From positions 29,450,001 through 29,514,000 of the forward strand of contig OX597842.1 of assembly GCA_951406725.2 (NCBI GenBank): a stretch of 64,000 bases of DNA, read 5' to 3'. Both the position numbers and the translations under genes were made by a program. Below the pieces are notes generated by a model that saw only the letters and a list, made by a program, of their open reading frames with translations, did no database searches and was not told the origin of the DNA. The first letter of the stretch is position 1; the number at the start of each line of letters is the position of its first letter. This DNA is from Octopus vulgaris (lineage: Eukaryota). Positions 28,801-42,724 of the stretch are shown one piece after another.

Positions 28801-29635
28801 GCGCCGGTTCGCGTACGCATGCGCCCCGCATGCACCTCGCCCTTGGACCCGACGAGACCTCCCGCCCGTTCCTGGGATGTCGCTTGTCGTTGGGTTTTCC
28901 CACGCCCGTCTCCGCGGGACCACTCTTCCATCTTCCCCTCCGCTGGAGTCCTTTTCCTACCCCCCCCTTTTTTTTTTTCGTTACACACACGCGCACACAT
29001 ATACACACATTGCTTAAACATATACATCACTCTTACACACATTCAATCTACTCGCCACTAATACTACCACGACACTGGACACACACACACTACTACTCAA
29101 CACACGCTGGCACGCTACATACGCCCCCACCCCTTCCCCTCCCTCCCTTCCTCCTTCCTCCCTTTTCTTACTACTGACCTTTGTCTGCTATGCTGCTGCT
29201 ATGCTGACCACCGTCTCGCCCTACCTCACACGCCTACACACAGACGCACACACTAACACATACATATATTTTTTGTTTTTTTACCTCGCCTCACACACAC
29301 ACATACGCACACGCACACGCACACACTCACACATACACACACATCTGTTGCGTTACCAACCTTGTCTCCACTCTTTTGCCTTTAAAAACCCACTTTGCTC
29401 TTGTTATCGTAAACATCCGCCTTTCACCATGTGCTACTCCTAACACCAGCCGTTTTTTTCTCTATCTCCGTTGCCCGCTCCGGGATCTTTCTTTCCTCTC
29501 TCTTCCTTCTTTATGTTTCCGACGAAGAGCTCCGCTCGAAACGTCATACCTCCCTGCTTCCATTTCCTGAGCGCCTATTAATAATAATACTGTAATTGTT
29601 CCATTGTTGTTGTTTTTTTGTTTCCCGTTTGGATT

Positions 29636-29640
<5 letters not shown>
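25843..29640 (+). mobile_element. 5'-truncated Penelope-like element (RT thumb, Cys linker, GIY-YIG, long CA-rich 3' region, terminal hammerhead)
   Basis: Frameshifted peptide [18 protein letters not shown]...[19 protein letters not shown]...FRLRGYP; linker CSRSRCNTC; LIYCIKCNLCGMLYVGQTGRWLSDRFTEH...LEQRYIFTLQTTTPHGLN (stop 26777). Hammerhead-like motif at 29515-29549; (TA)n on both flanks. Confidence 0.85.
29515..29549 (+). ncRNA. Minimal type I hammerhead ribozyme-like motif (U4C variant)
   Basis: GTTT-CCGACGA-A-GAGC(TCC)GCTC-GAAA-CG-TC-ATAC; stem I has one mismatch. Confidence 0.55.
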
Positions 29641-29690
<50 letters not shown>

Positions 29691-29901
29691 TACATACATA
29701 TATATATACATATATATATATACACATGTATATATAATATATACATATATACATACATATATATATATACATATATACATATATACACACATATATATAT
29801 AAATATATATATATTTATTTATATATATATGCATGTATATATGTATGTATATATGTATGTATATATATATATATATGCATGTATCTATGTATGTATGTGT
29901 G

Positions 29902-29954
<53 letters not shown>

Positions 29955-29996
29955 ATATATATACATGTATATATGTATATATATATATATGTATAT

Positions 29997-30047
<51 letters not shown>

Positions 30048-30171
30048 TACATACATATATATATAAATATATATATATTTATATATATATATGCATGTAT
30101 ATATGTATGTATGTATGTATATATATATATATATATGCATGTATCTATGTATGTGTGTATATGCATGTTTA

Positions 30172-30221
<50 letters not shown>

Positions 30222-30559
30222 TATATATATAAATATATACAAACAAGATGATATCTTGTCGTGAACGACAAATGAGGTTCAGTAAAATAAACCGTGAACC
30301 ATGTTCTTTGGACGCAAATGTGTCTCTTGATGCCCCCTGGTGTCTTGCTAAGAAAACAAGTTGAGTGCTGACCTTGTTTCAGTGCTTCTGGATCATTTAC
30401 TATGTGTTTTCTCGAGTAGACAATAAAGCCTGCTTTGCTTCGTGCCACAAAACCACAATGACGCTAAGATTTCTAGTTAGAGGAACAGTGTTTTGCGAGT
30501 GTGCCTGCATGCTTGCATGAAGTTGTTCCCGGTGTTGGAGTCGATTTTTCTCAAACCTT

Positions 30560-31180
30560 AGAAGAAGCAGGGCTGGTGCTAGGTCCTTGCGATGTGGTGC
30601 TTTGGTTTCCCAGGAAGAAGAAAAGGGATCATTGCATCGTTTCAGATTGTCTTTTAGTTTGTCTTTGAAGCGCAGGAATGGCCTTCCAACTGACCTTCCT
30701 GACAGGAATTGGCCAAAGAGAAGTTGCTTCAGAATACGAGAGAGATGACCTGACTATCTAAACTGTATTTTGATGAGGATGACTTTAATACCTGATATCT
30801 TGCATTCTGATCGTACCTCACTGTTAGGAATATGGTCGCTCGGTTTTATGTTGGAGGTCGTACGCACGCATCGCATATGAAAAGCGTCAAGCTGGTTGAT
30901 GTGCTTTTGGTACAAAGTCCAAGATTCAGCACCATAAGGCAATGTTGTCAAGACAACCGTCTTACATTAACTTTCACCATTTACGATACCTTGTGGTTGT
31001 TTCATAGCCTGTGATTTCCCGATTCTGGAATCGATTTCTTGATCCATTTTCGAATCGTTGGACACGATGGATCGAAGACGAGTGAAAGGGGAAACAGTTT
31101 TTAATGTTTTTCCATCAAAATATACAGAAGCTCAGTTTTCTTGATATTGATGGTAAGACCAAAAGTCTTGGATGCATCGC
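30560..31180 (-). mobile_element. RTE/BovB-like LINE C-terminal fragment
   Basis: ORF 30754..30951 LPYGAESWTLYQKHINQLDAFHMRCVR...HIPNSEV; also ASKTFGLTINIKKTE at ~31120-31180. Confidence 0.8.
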
Positions 31181-31208
31181 AGAGAGACAAACTGACAAAG
31201 AGAGGGAG

Positions 31209-31275
<67 letters not shown>

Positions 31276-31819
31276 GACACACACACACACACACATTCCC
31301 ACTCCGTCTGCGCACACATGTCAATACATACACACAGCCACACACCCTTCAAACTCCTTCTAACTACCTATTGATCCGTCCATCTACGCACACATGCAAA
31401 CTCACAGGCACGCACGGCTACACCCACCCACTGTAGCCGCTGACTTCTCAGAGCCACATTAAAACACGTACACAGATACTATCACACACACACACACACA
31501 CAGTAACCAACTGGCACCTACATACATACACGCAGTTACTGCCACACACATATGTATATCAACACTGAAAATATTTGTTTAGCAATTTTCGTAATTTAAA
31601 AAAAAATTTCTTTAATATATTTATTCATTTGAATGACTTGTGTTTTGTGTATCTTTTGTATATTTTGACATTAGACTGCGTCCATGCTGGGGCACCGCCT
31701 TCAAGAAATTCTAGTCGAATGAATTGACTTATTTTTTACTGCCTGGTAAATTATTCAACCGCTAAGTTACATGGATGTAAAGAAAGCAACGCTGAGGACG
31801 AACCGACAGAAAGATACAC

Positions 31820-31872
<53 letters not shown>

Positions 31873-31875
<3 letters not shown>

Positions 31876-32075
31876 AAATGTGACCTCGTGTGTACCGTTG
31901 GCGATTTTTTTCCTCTGTCTTCCCTTCTCTGGATCTTTCCTTCTCCTATGTTTCCGACGAAGAGCTCCGCTCGAAACGTTAAACCCTCCTTCTTTCCTTC
32001 TTTCCTGAGCATCCAATATATTTGTTCTACGTCCTCGCGTTGTGTGTTTTTTTTTTGTGCTTTCTTGTTTGGATT

Positions 32076-32080
<5 letters not shown>
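31873..32080 (+). mobile_element. Short PLE-terminal-like element in (TA)n carrying a hammerhead motif at 31950-31984
   Basis: GTTT-CCGACGA-A-GAGC(TCC)GCTC-GAAA-CG-TT-AAAC. Surrounding sequence resembles 29480-29640. Confidence 0.7.
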
Positions 32081-32135
<55 letters not shown>

Positions 32136-32700
32136 CACACACACACACACATATGTATACAGGCAACAAGCTTCCTTTCAGTTTCCATCTACCAAATCCA
32201 CTCACAAAGCTTTGGTCAGTCCGCGGCTACAGTGGAAGACACTCGCCCAAGGTCCCATGAAGTGAACCCGGAACCATATGGTTGAGAAGGACACTTCTTC
32301 CAATACGACCGTGCCTGCGCCTATGCGCCAATATACTTGTGATCCATATATCATTTGGTTATATTTGAGGGAGATTCGGCTGCTATTTCACCGTGGCTCG
32401 GCAACTGTGGTTGTTTTTATTGCTGTTGTTTGTAATAGAATGAGTCGCAATAATTGGATTTCTTGAAGTCACTGATGTTAATGGACACAAAAAAGCGGTG
32501 AGCTGGCAGAATCGTTAGCATGCCGGACAAAGTGCCTAGCGGTGTTTTGTCCGTCTTTACGTTCTGATTCCAAATTCCGACGAGGTTGACTTTTTCTTTC
32601 ATCTTTCCGAAATTGATAAAATAAGCATCAATTGAACACACGTATGACTACAGCCGCACGGCGGAAATGAGTAAAATTAATAAAAAATATATATATACAT

Positions 32701-32739
<39 letters not shown>

Positions 32740-32922
32740 GTTAGAGAGAGGGTAAAGTTTATTTACTAACATAATGTGGCAGTACTACTTTTTAAAACCA
32801 TGTTCGCTTAAAAAGTCACGTACGCCAAAATCACACTGCCTTCGTTTACAAAACCAGAGGGCGGTGTTCTAATTCGCGTTCTGTGGACGAGAAATTATCT
32901 AAGCATAATTTTTCCCATTTGT

Positions 32923-32987
<65 letters not shown>

Positions 32988-33300
32988 TGTACATACATAT
33001 ATATATATATATATTATGCATATACATACATACATACACAAATACATATATACATATATAATTGACTCAACAAAAAGGGGTACGGCTGGTTGTTTATTTT
33101 TTAATCACTACAATTGTTTCCACGCAATGTAGTTCTCCAGGAGTGCAGGTACTTGATTATGCAACTGTTTCCCTGCATTATGAGATCATGATGTGTTTCC
33201 TCAGGCGATATATAGGGTGGGCGTACTTTATATTGTACTGTACTATGTTCTTAACATAATATACCATAACTATACATACATACATACATACATACATACA

Positions 33301-33331
<31 letters not shown>

Positions 33332-33566
33332 GTGTATGTATATGTATGTATGTATGTATATATATATTTGACTGCGGCCATGCTGGAGCACTGCCTTTAG
33401 GCGAGCAAATCGATTAAAGTACTAGGCTTATAAATTCTAGTACTTATTCTATCGATCTCTTTTGCCGAACCGCTACGTGACGGGGACGTAAACACACCAG
33501 CATCGGTTGTCAAGTGATGTTGGGAGAACACACAAACATATACACATACATACATACATACATACA

Positions 33567-33598
<32 letters not shown>

Positions 33599-33602
33599 CA
33601 CA

Positions 33603-33639
<37 letters not shown>

Positions 33640-33827
33640 AGATGAGAATGTGTGTCTGTCTGTGTGTCCGTGTGAAACCTTAAATGTTGAGAAGTACACA
33701 ACCAATTTCATTTAAATTTTACGCATGCCTTATTTAGGGTCCATGTAGTGTCATAGGCCAAAAGAAATTTTAACTTCCTGCCTTGTACATACATAGATAA
33801 TATATATATATATACATATACATATAT

Positions 33828-33878
<51 letters not shown>

Positions 33879-33895
33879 TATATATATGTGTATAC

Positions 33896-33934
<39 letters not shown>

Positions 33935-33939
33935 TGAAT

Positions 33940-34370
<431 letters not shown>

Positions 34371-36859
34371 ACACACATATATACATGCATACATATATAC
34401 GCCGATGCACACACACATACACACAGACAGACCAACCAAAGCCTTGTGGGTGGATTTTGACAGAAACTGAAAGAAATCAATCGTATATATGTATATATAT
34501 GTAAGTGTATGTGTGTCTTTGTCTCTGTGTTTCCCCCTCTTCACTGCTTCACAACTGCTGTTCGTTTATTTACACCCCCATAACTTACTGGTTTCACAAG
34601 AAGAAACTGATAGAATAAGTACTGGGCTTACAAAAGAATAAGTCCCGGGTTCGAGTTGCTTGATTAAAGGCGGTGCTCCAGCATGGCCGCAGTCAAATGA
34701 CTAAAGCAAGTAAAAGAGTAAAGAGAGATATTATGTATACATGCTCCAGCATGGCCGCAGTCAAATGACACAAACAAGTAAAAGAACATATCGTCATCAT
34801 CTTCCTCGTTGTCATTGTTTAATGTCTGCTTTCCATTCTGGCATAGGTTGGACTGTTTGACAGAGAAGCAGAACAGTGCAGGGCTGGGTCAGGCTGCAAT
34901 GTCATCTTTACAATGGTTTCTACTGCTAGATGCCCTTCCTAATGCCAACCACAGAATGTACTGGGTGCTTTTTATGTGTCGCCAGCATCAGTCGATGCAG
35001 GGAGCAGGTGTGGCTATGAGGTAGGGAGTTTGCTACCCAACCCATGCTTGCAGTTTGGGTAAGTGTCTCCCATGATGGCCTTGGGTCAACTAAAACCTTG
35101 TGAGTGGATGTGGTAGATGGAAACTGAGAGAAGCATATCACGTATACACATATCATCATCATCGTTTAATGTCTGCCTTCCATGCCAGCCTGAGGGGGAT
35201 GGCTTGACAGGAGTCTGCCAGGTGGAAGACTGCACGAGATCTGTGATTGTTTTAGCAGGATTTTACAGCTGGATGCCCTTCCTGACACCAACCATTCAGC
35301 AGAGGGTTTATGGCTTGTTATGTGGTATGGTTTTGGTAAGAATCTCACTTCACTTGGAAACAGGTAAGGATTGGCAACAGGAAGGGCATCCAGCTGTAGA
35401 ATATCTGCCTCTGTATAATCCATCTGATCCATTGAAGCATGGAAAATTGGATGTTAAAATGATGACAATGATGATGGTCTGTCTTGTTCCGTAAAGGAGC
35501 TTCTACACAGATTACAGAAGCTACTGGAAATAGCAGCCAAATATTTCTGAAATATTAAATAAAGGATATTGAACCATGTACTTGCTCTCAAAGCAAGTGG
35601 TCCTGTGGCATCTTAAGCAAATGTCTTCTACTACAGCCCTGGGCCAACTAAAGCCTTGTGGGGAGATTTGGTAGGTGGAAAGTGTATCATGTATACAATT
35701 AGGTGTGTATGTGTATCTTTGTGTTTCTCCTCCCCTCCCTGCCATACTGCATGTGACTATGGTTGTTAGTTTGTTTACATCCTAGTGACATAGTGGTTGG
35801 TCCAAAGAGACTCATAGAATATGTAGCAAACTTAAATATAAGTAGAGGGGTTGATTCGTTTGATTGATCCATTTAAAGAAGTACTCCAGCATGGCCACAG
35901 TCCCTGGCTGAACCACTTGCTGGCACTCTATGTTTTAGTTTATCCAATCAACTGAAAAGCCTGCTCATGGAATTAACATGCAAATGGCTGAGTATTCCAC
36001 AGACATGTGGACCCTTAATATAGTCTTCAGGGAGGCACAGCATGACACGGATGGTGAGAAGACTGGCCCTTTGAATTACAGGTGAGACTCATTTTTGACA
36101 CCTGAGTGGACTGATGCAAAGTGAAATAAAATGGCTTGGAGACTCATTGCACCACTGTGTATCGAACTCACAACTTTACAATTGTGAGTGAAATACCCTA
36201 ACCACTAAGCCATGCCACTTCACAGGTGAAACAAGTGAAAGGAGAGAAGAGAAAGAAAACAGATAAATAATTAGAGAAAGGTAAAAATGATTCATCTATA
36301 TACAGAATGTTGTAAAACTTTCAATGCCTCAATGGATTCTGCCCCATGCAAACGTAGATATTAAATGGATGTCAATTGATGTCGTAAAATTGAATTACTC
36401 TGTTGTTTAACTATCCACTTTATCTTACTGCCTCTTTTCCTATTTCAGAATATCACATCGTGTCGACATAAAAGAAATTTCTTCATTCAGACGTGCCTCT
36501 GATGTTTTTATTGACTTTCCTTGACTGAAGGACGTCCACAAGAAACATTCATCAATACATCAACCTCTTAATATAAATTAGATCTTCAACAAATGATGGG
36601 AAAAAATTTCTGGACATTGTATTTCACAACAACATTGTTTTTCTCCACAGTCTGGAATGTAGAGGAGATTATCAGTTAACAGGTTGATTAACATTGGATA
36701 ACTTTACAAAAGATTTGACAGTTTACATTTTCTATTTTAGACATTAAGTAAAATCACAAACGAAAGAAACATAAGATTAAATTATTCTCTGGAAATAGTG
36801 ACACAACTAAACACTAACATCCACAGAATTTTGAAGAACACACTATTATTGTGATATTT

Positions 36860-37958
36860 ATGACAGATTATTCTCTCATAATGAATAATTTGACTGAACC
36901 AAAAACCCCTGATACAAAAGAGAAGCCATATCATTGTGATATCTGTGGTAAATCATTTTCTAATTGTGGTAACTTGACTAAACACAAACGTACACATACA
37001 GGAGGGAAACCATATCACTGTGATGTCTGTGGTAAATCATTCTTGCAAAATGGTCATTTGACTCATCAAAAACATATTCTTACTGGGGAAAAAACCATAT
37101 CACTGTGATATCTGTGGTAAATCATTTCCTGAGTCTGCTCCCTTGAGATCACACAAACGTGTTCATACAGAAGAGAAGCCATATCACTGTGATATTTGTG
37201 GTAGGTCATTCTCTCAAAGGAGTAACTTGACTGTACACAAACGTATTCATACAGGAGAGAAGCCATTTCATTGTGATATCTGTGATAAATCGTTCGCTAG
37301 CAATAGTGTATTGACTAATCACAAATGCAGTCATACTGGGGAAAATCCATATCAGTGTAATATCTGCGGTAAATCATTTTCCAGAACTGACACTGTCACT
37401 CGTCACAAACGTATTCATACTGGGGAAAAACCGTATCATTGTGGTATCTGTGGTAAATCATTTTCTCAAGGTGGTGACGTGCTTAAACACAACCGTACTC
37501 ATACAGGTGAGAAGCCCTATCATTGTACTATCTGTGGTAGATCATTTTCTGGAAGTAGTGACTTGATTAAACACAAACGTATTCATACAGGAGAGAAACC
37601 ATATCATTGTAATATCTGTGGTAAATCATTTTCTGAAAGTAACACTTTAACTAGGCATAAACGTATTCATAAGGGAGAGAAGCCATATTTTTGTAATATC
37701 TGTTATAAAGCATTCTCTACAAATAGCTATTTGATTAGTCACAAATGTATTAATACTGAAGAAAACCCATATCAGTGTGATATTTGTGGTAAATCGTTTT
37801 CTCAAAACAGGACTTTAAATAATCACAGACGTATTCATACAGGAGAGAAGCCATATCAGTGTTATATTTGTGGTAAATCATTCTCCCAAAGTGGGGTCTT
37901 GTCTAAACACAAACGTACCCATACAGGGAAGAAGCCACATGATTGTGATATCTGGTGA
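36860..37958 (+). CDS. C2H2 zinc-finger protein (~12 finger repeats), interrupted by a +1 A in a homopolymer at ~37089-37094
   Basis: ATG at 36860; ORF 36851..37108 (2 fingers) and ORF 37143..37958 join if one A is removed from ACTGGGGAAAAAACCA. TGEKP linkers throughout. Splice acceptor ...CCTATTTCAG ends at 36448. Confidence 0.75.
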
Positions 37959-38639
37959 ATCATTCTCTAGCAATAGTAACAAGCATATTCATACTGGGGA
38001 AAAAACCATATCAATGTCATATCTGTGGTAAACCATTCTCTGCAAATGGCCTCTTAAGTACTCGTGAGTATTCATACACAAGTGTAACTGTATCAGTATT
38101 AAATTTTATTACAACACGACAACAATTATGAATATTTTGTCTGCTAAAAGACAGGGTTTATTCCTCTTCAAGCTTGACATTATCAACTTCAGTTTCTTGG
38201 ATGTCCACATGAAATTCATGAATCACAACTTCAATATCATTTATATATCTAAATATATCAACACAGAGATGACTTTGGTTTCTGAAGATGATTGTGCTGG
38301 ATTTTTGAGGAATTTGTTTTGAGAGAATAAAGGAATGGGAATAAGGAATAACAGTTTTAAGTGACATTGATTTTTGCCTTTGTTGTGTTTTCATCATCAT
38401 CATCTTCATCATCCTCTAACATCCATTTTCTTTGCAGGCTTGGATGGGAAAGTGTGACAGGTGCTGGCAAGCCAGAGTGCTGCTCCAGGTTCCACTCAGA
38501 TTTCGTTTGGTTTCATTGGCTGTATTCCCTTAAGATACGTAGTTTATAAATATGCCTGTACCATAACAGCATGAAACTAGTAGTAGCTCTTTTGGTTATG
38601 TATTTAGTTTGAGATTTTTTTCTAGTTTCAGCTCAGAGC

Positions 38640-39510
38640 AGCGGCCATGCTGATGCACCGCCGTTTTGTGCTACACTGTTATTACGACGGACCTTGTCTA
38701 ATATGTGGCACTTGGTGAAGAATGGAGTTTGATACAGCTACTCTCATTTGCACCTCTTGCCGTGAGGTAGGTTCATCTGGGACTCTTGACAGGAAGATGT
38801 CCAGCTTTGATTTAAAAACCGCTACATCTACTTTGTGCAAGTTCCTCAGACTCTTTGGGAGAATATTAAAAAGCTGTGGGCCCTTGAAACCCAGGCTGTT
38901 GCAGAAGCTGGTCCTGAAGCGTGATGGCATTGCTGGGATCTTTGGCACTATGCAGTGTCGTCCCGTTCTAGCATTGGTGTAGCTTACAATGCCAAAATTT
39001 GGCACAATTCCTTCCAGGATCTTCCAGACATATATTACTGCATACCTCTCCCGTCTTCTCTCCAGGGAGTAGAGTCTTAGCTGTTTCAACCTTTCCCAGT
39101 AGCTGAGCTGTTGCAAAGAGACGATCTTCTTTGTGAATCTTCTCTGGATTGCTTCAAGGTTCGCTGTTAATTTTACACTGGTGGGTGACCATAGCTGTGA
39201 GCAGTAATCCAGGCGACTGAGGACGAATGTCCGCCAGAGGACCATCATGGTTTCCTTATCTCTGGTTCTGAATGTTCTTAGGATCCACCCAGGCAGTCGT
39301 CTGCACTTTGTCGCCATCCTGGTAATGTGCACTTGGAAAGAGGTATCATCACTCATGTCGATACCCAGGTCCCACACAGACTTAGGCTCTGGGATTGAAA
39401 TTTCCTGTGGACCGGTGTATCCTGTAAGTTTAATATTCAGTTTTGGATGCTGGTAGCGCAGGGCCTGGAATTTTTCAGCATTAAATTGCATATTATTATC
39501 CTGCATATTA
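38640..39510 (-). mobile_element. CR1-like LINE, 3' portion of ORF2
   Basis: NNMQFNAEKFQ...DLGIDMSDD...SRLDYCSQLWSP...LEAIQRRFTKKI...YWERLKQLRLYSLERRRERY. Confidence 0.88.
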
Positions 39511-39774
39511 TTATATGTATTTGTGTGAACACACCTGATTACTAAAATAAATGTATACAAATCTTGTATTCGAAGCATTTTTCTGAATGGGGTAGTGGCA
39601 TGGACTCCCTTTTGCAGACAAATAAGAAAAACTTGAAACTTTTCGCATGTGTGCAACACATGCAGCAAAATGGCAAGATAAGACATCAAATGTCAAAATC
39701 TTAGAAATGTGTGATATGTCCAGTATCCATAGCATGCTGATGAGAATTCAGTGCAGAGGGGTAGGACATGTTTT

Positions 39775-40290
39775 CATCATCATCATCGTTTAGCGTCCGC
39801 TTTCCATGCTGGCATGGGTTGGACGGTTCAACTGGGGTCTGGGAAGCCAGAAGGCTGCGCCAGGCCCAGTCTGAGCTGGCAGTGTTTCTACAGCTGGATG
39901 CCCTTCCTAACGCCAATCACTCCATGAGTTTAGTGGGTGCTTTTTACGTGCCACCGACACAGGTGCCAGACGAGGATGGCAAACGGCCACGTTCGGATGG
40001 TTCTCTTATGTTCCACTGGCACTGGTATCACAGCTACAATTTCCATTGATATTCATCGATTTGGGTCTGATTTTCACTTGCCTCAACAGGTCTTCATAAG
40101 TAGAGTTTTGTGCCCCAAGAAGGAAAGGTATGTATAAGTGGACTGAGGCCATGGGTTATGGTCTCACTTGTCCTGCAGGGTCTTCTCACACACAGCATAC
40201 TTCCATAGGTCTCGGTCTCTAGTCATTTCCTCGGTCAGACCTAAAGTTCGATGGTCGTGCTTCACCACCTCATCCCAGGTTTTCCTGGGT
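39775..40290 (-). mobile_element. RTE LINE 3' end fragment
   Basis: Reverse complement of 44960-45580, including the (GAT)n tail. Confidence 0.85.
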
Positions 40291-40399
40291 CTACCTCTTT
40301 CACTTTACAAGTGAAAAATTACTGCATTATGAAAATTTTAACGCATGATAAGACGATTCCTCTCCAGTCCTATGGCTTTGTAAACTTGTGTGAGCTCAT

Positions 40400-40880
40400 G
40401 ACAACGGATCATCTTTTAGCGTTGGGTCCTGAGACACTCCTTCAGCGCTTGGATACACCAATGTTCAGCTTATTTTTGCTGTAGCATCCAGTTTTCTGAG
40501 GGAACGACGAGGATTTCACTGTATCTTCTGTTTGGTATAATTGATAAGCTGAAGGGTCTGCACATTTCTTTTTTGGCCACGTCCAGGGCAACCGGCTGTG
40601 GAACCAGTCTCTTGAAATTTCTTGACAATTTTCTTGACTGTTGTTCGGTTACTTTTAAGCATTTTTTTTTGCTATAGCTGTATTACTTTCGCCTCCTTGG
40701 AGAGTATTATGGTTGTATTTCGGTCTGTAGCCATTATCTAATCTATAAATGTGAATTTATTTGGTCTGAAGCAAACACAAGACACACTAAGCTTTTACAA
40801 TGAAGTATAATTTTCATATCTTATCGCATCTATTGATTGTTATTAAAGTCCAAAAATTGGTGGCCTTAATTTCGGAACAA
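40400..40880 (-). mobile_element. Tc1/mariner transposase N-terminal relic
   Basis: Minus-strand frameshifted peptide GESNTAIAK..LKSNRTTVKKIVKKFQETGSTAGCPGRGQKR...NPRRSLRKL, an HTH pattern typical of Tc1-like transposases. Confidence 0.65.
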
Positions 40881-40995
40881 CATACACACACACACACACA
40901 TTATCATTATCTCCTTCTCTCTCCCTCCCATTCCCCATCTCTCTCTCTCTCTCTTTCTCTCTCACTCTCTCTCTCTCTGTATATATATATATATG

Positions 40996-41265
40996 TGGAG
41001 GCGCAATGGCCCAGTGGTTAGGGCAGCGGACTCGCGGTTTCGATTCCTAGACCGGGTGTTGTGAGTGTTTATTGAACGAAAACACCTAAAAGTTCCACGA
41101 GGTTCCGGAAGGGGCTGGTGATCCCTGCTGTACTCTTTTACCACTCTTTCTTCTGTTGGCCTGCTCGCTTAGCCAGCGGGGTGGCTCATTCAAATGCTAA
41201 AACAATGCGAACTCATTGTGACCAGCGATGTGTAACAACATCTGATGGTCTGGGCAGTCACGAAA
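40996..41265 (+). mobile_element. tRNA-derived SINE
   Basis: GGAGGCGCAATGGCCCAGTGGTTAGGGCAGCGGACTCGCGG..TTCGATTCC head; reverse fragment at 53100-53148. Confidence 0.7.
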
Positions 41266-41268
41266 AAG

Positions 41269-41314
<46 letters not shown>

Positions 41315-41367
41315 CATATATATATACAAATATATATATATATACACATACATATATATATATATAT

Positions 41368-41701
<334 letters not shown>

Positions 41702-41760
41702 GAAATATTAAAATTACTAAGTCTCTCTAAAAGAGATCACGGCAGCGTTCCTGGAAAATA

Positions 41761-42240
41761 ATAGTTATCGCCATACTAATATGGCATTCTTATAAAAATA
41801 AGAATAAAGCTGTCCGCTTATTAGCTCCATGAGGCCATCGCCTTAAGGTAGCTATTTGATACACAAACTGTATCCATATAACCTTCGAACAAGGGAGGTC
41901 AGTCGCTCCACACTACTTGATCGACAGCTAATTTTAATATTTCTATTATTGAAAACAAGTGGATGTATTCCACTGAAACTAGGTAAATAAAACCTTCGAA
42001 CAGAGATTGTCGGAAGCGACACCTACTGCTCTGACTACGCTACATTGAAAAGGGGCAATACCCCGAAACGCGTCTGTAGCTGTCCATCAAGTAGTGTGGA
42101 GCGACTGACCTCCCTTGTTCGAAGGTTATATGGATACAGTTTGTGTATCAAATAGCTAACTTAAGGCGATGGCCTCATGGAGCTAATAAGCGGACAGCTT
42201 TATTCGTATTTTTATAAGAATGCCATATTAGTATGGCGAT
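41761..42240. repeat. ~160-bp inverted repeat enclosing a hammerhead ribozyme
   Basis: 41767-41928 is the reverse complement of 42079-42240; third partial copy at 42279-42349. Confidence 0.9.
42039..42080 (+). ncRNA. Type I minimal hammerhead ribozyme with U3-A8 covariation
   Basis: GCTACA-TTGAAAA-GGGG(CAATA)CCCC-GAAA-CGCG-TC-TGTAGC: 6-bp stem I, 4-bp stem II, palindromic ACGCGT stem III, GUC site. Confidence 0.85.
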
Positions 42241-42278
<38 letters not shown>

Positions 42279-42378
42279 TAGTTATCGCCATACTAATATG
42301 GCATTCTTATAAAAATAAGAAAAAGCTGACCGCTTATTAGCTCCATGAGTCATAATTTGACACTGAATTATTGGAAGT

Positions 42379-42421
42379 CCACCTGAAGATTGTCGATCAA
42401 GACAAGAAACGATTGTAGTGG
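42379..42421 (+). ncRNA. Type I minimal hammerhead ribozyme
   Basis: CCAC-CTGAAGA-TTGTC(GATCAA)GACAA-GAAA-C(GATT)G-TA-GTGG; canonical core, GUA site. Confidence 0.8.
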
Positions 42422-42509
42422 CGGTTTTTTTGACTATTTATTAAAATGTTATGTATTGATTAAGTCTTTCCTTGTTTGTTTTGCAAAATAGTGGTTTTGT
42501 CTCTAATAA

Positions 42510-42593
<84 letters not shown>

Positions 42594-42610
42594 TATATAC
42601 ATATATATAT

Positions 42611-42641
<31 letters not shown>

Positions 42642-42648
42642 CATATAT

Positions 42649-42722
<74 letters not shown>

Positions 42723-42724
<2 letters not shown>

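Noticed and set aside
27372-29177. 601-aa His/Thr-rich ORF
   Set aside because: Degenerate (CA)n sequence in the PLE 3' region; no domain or splice evidence.
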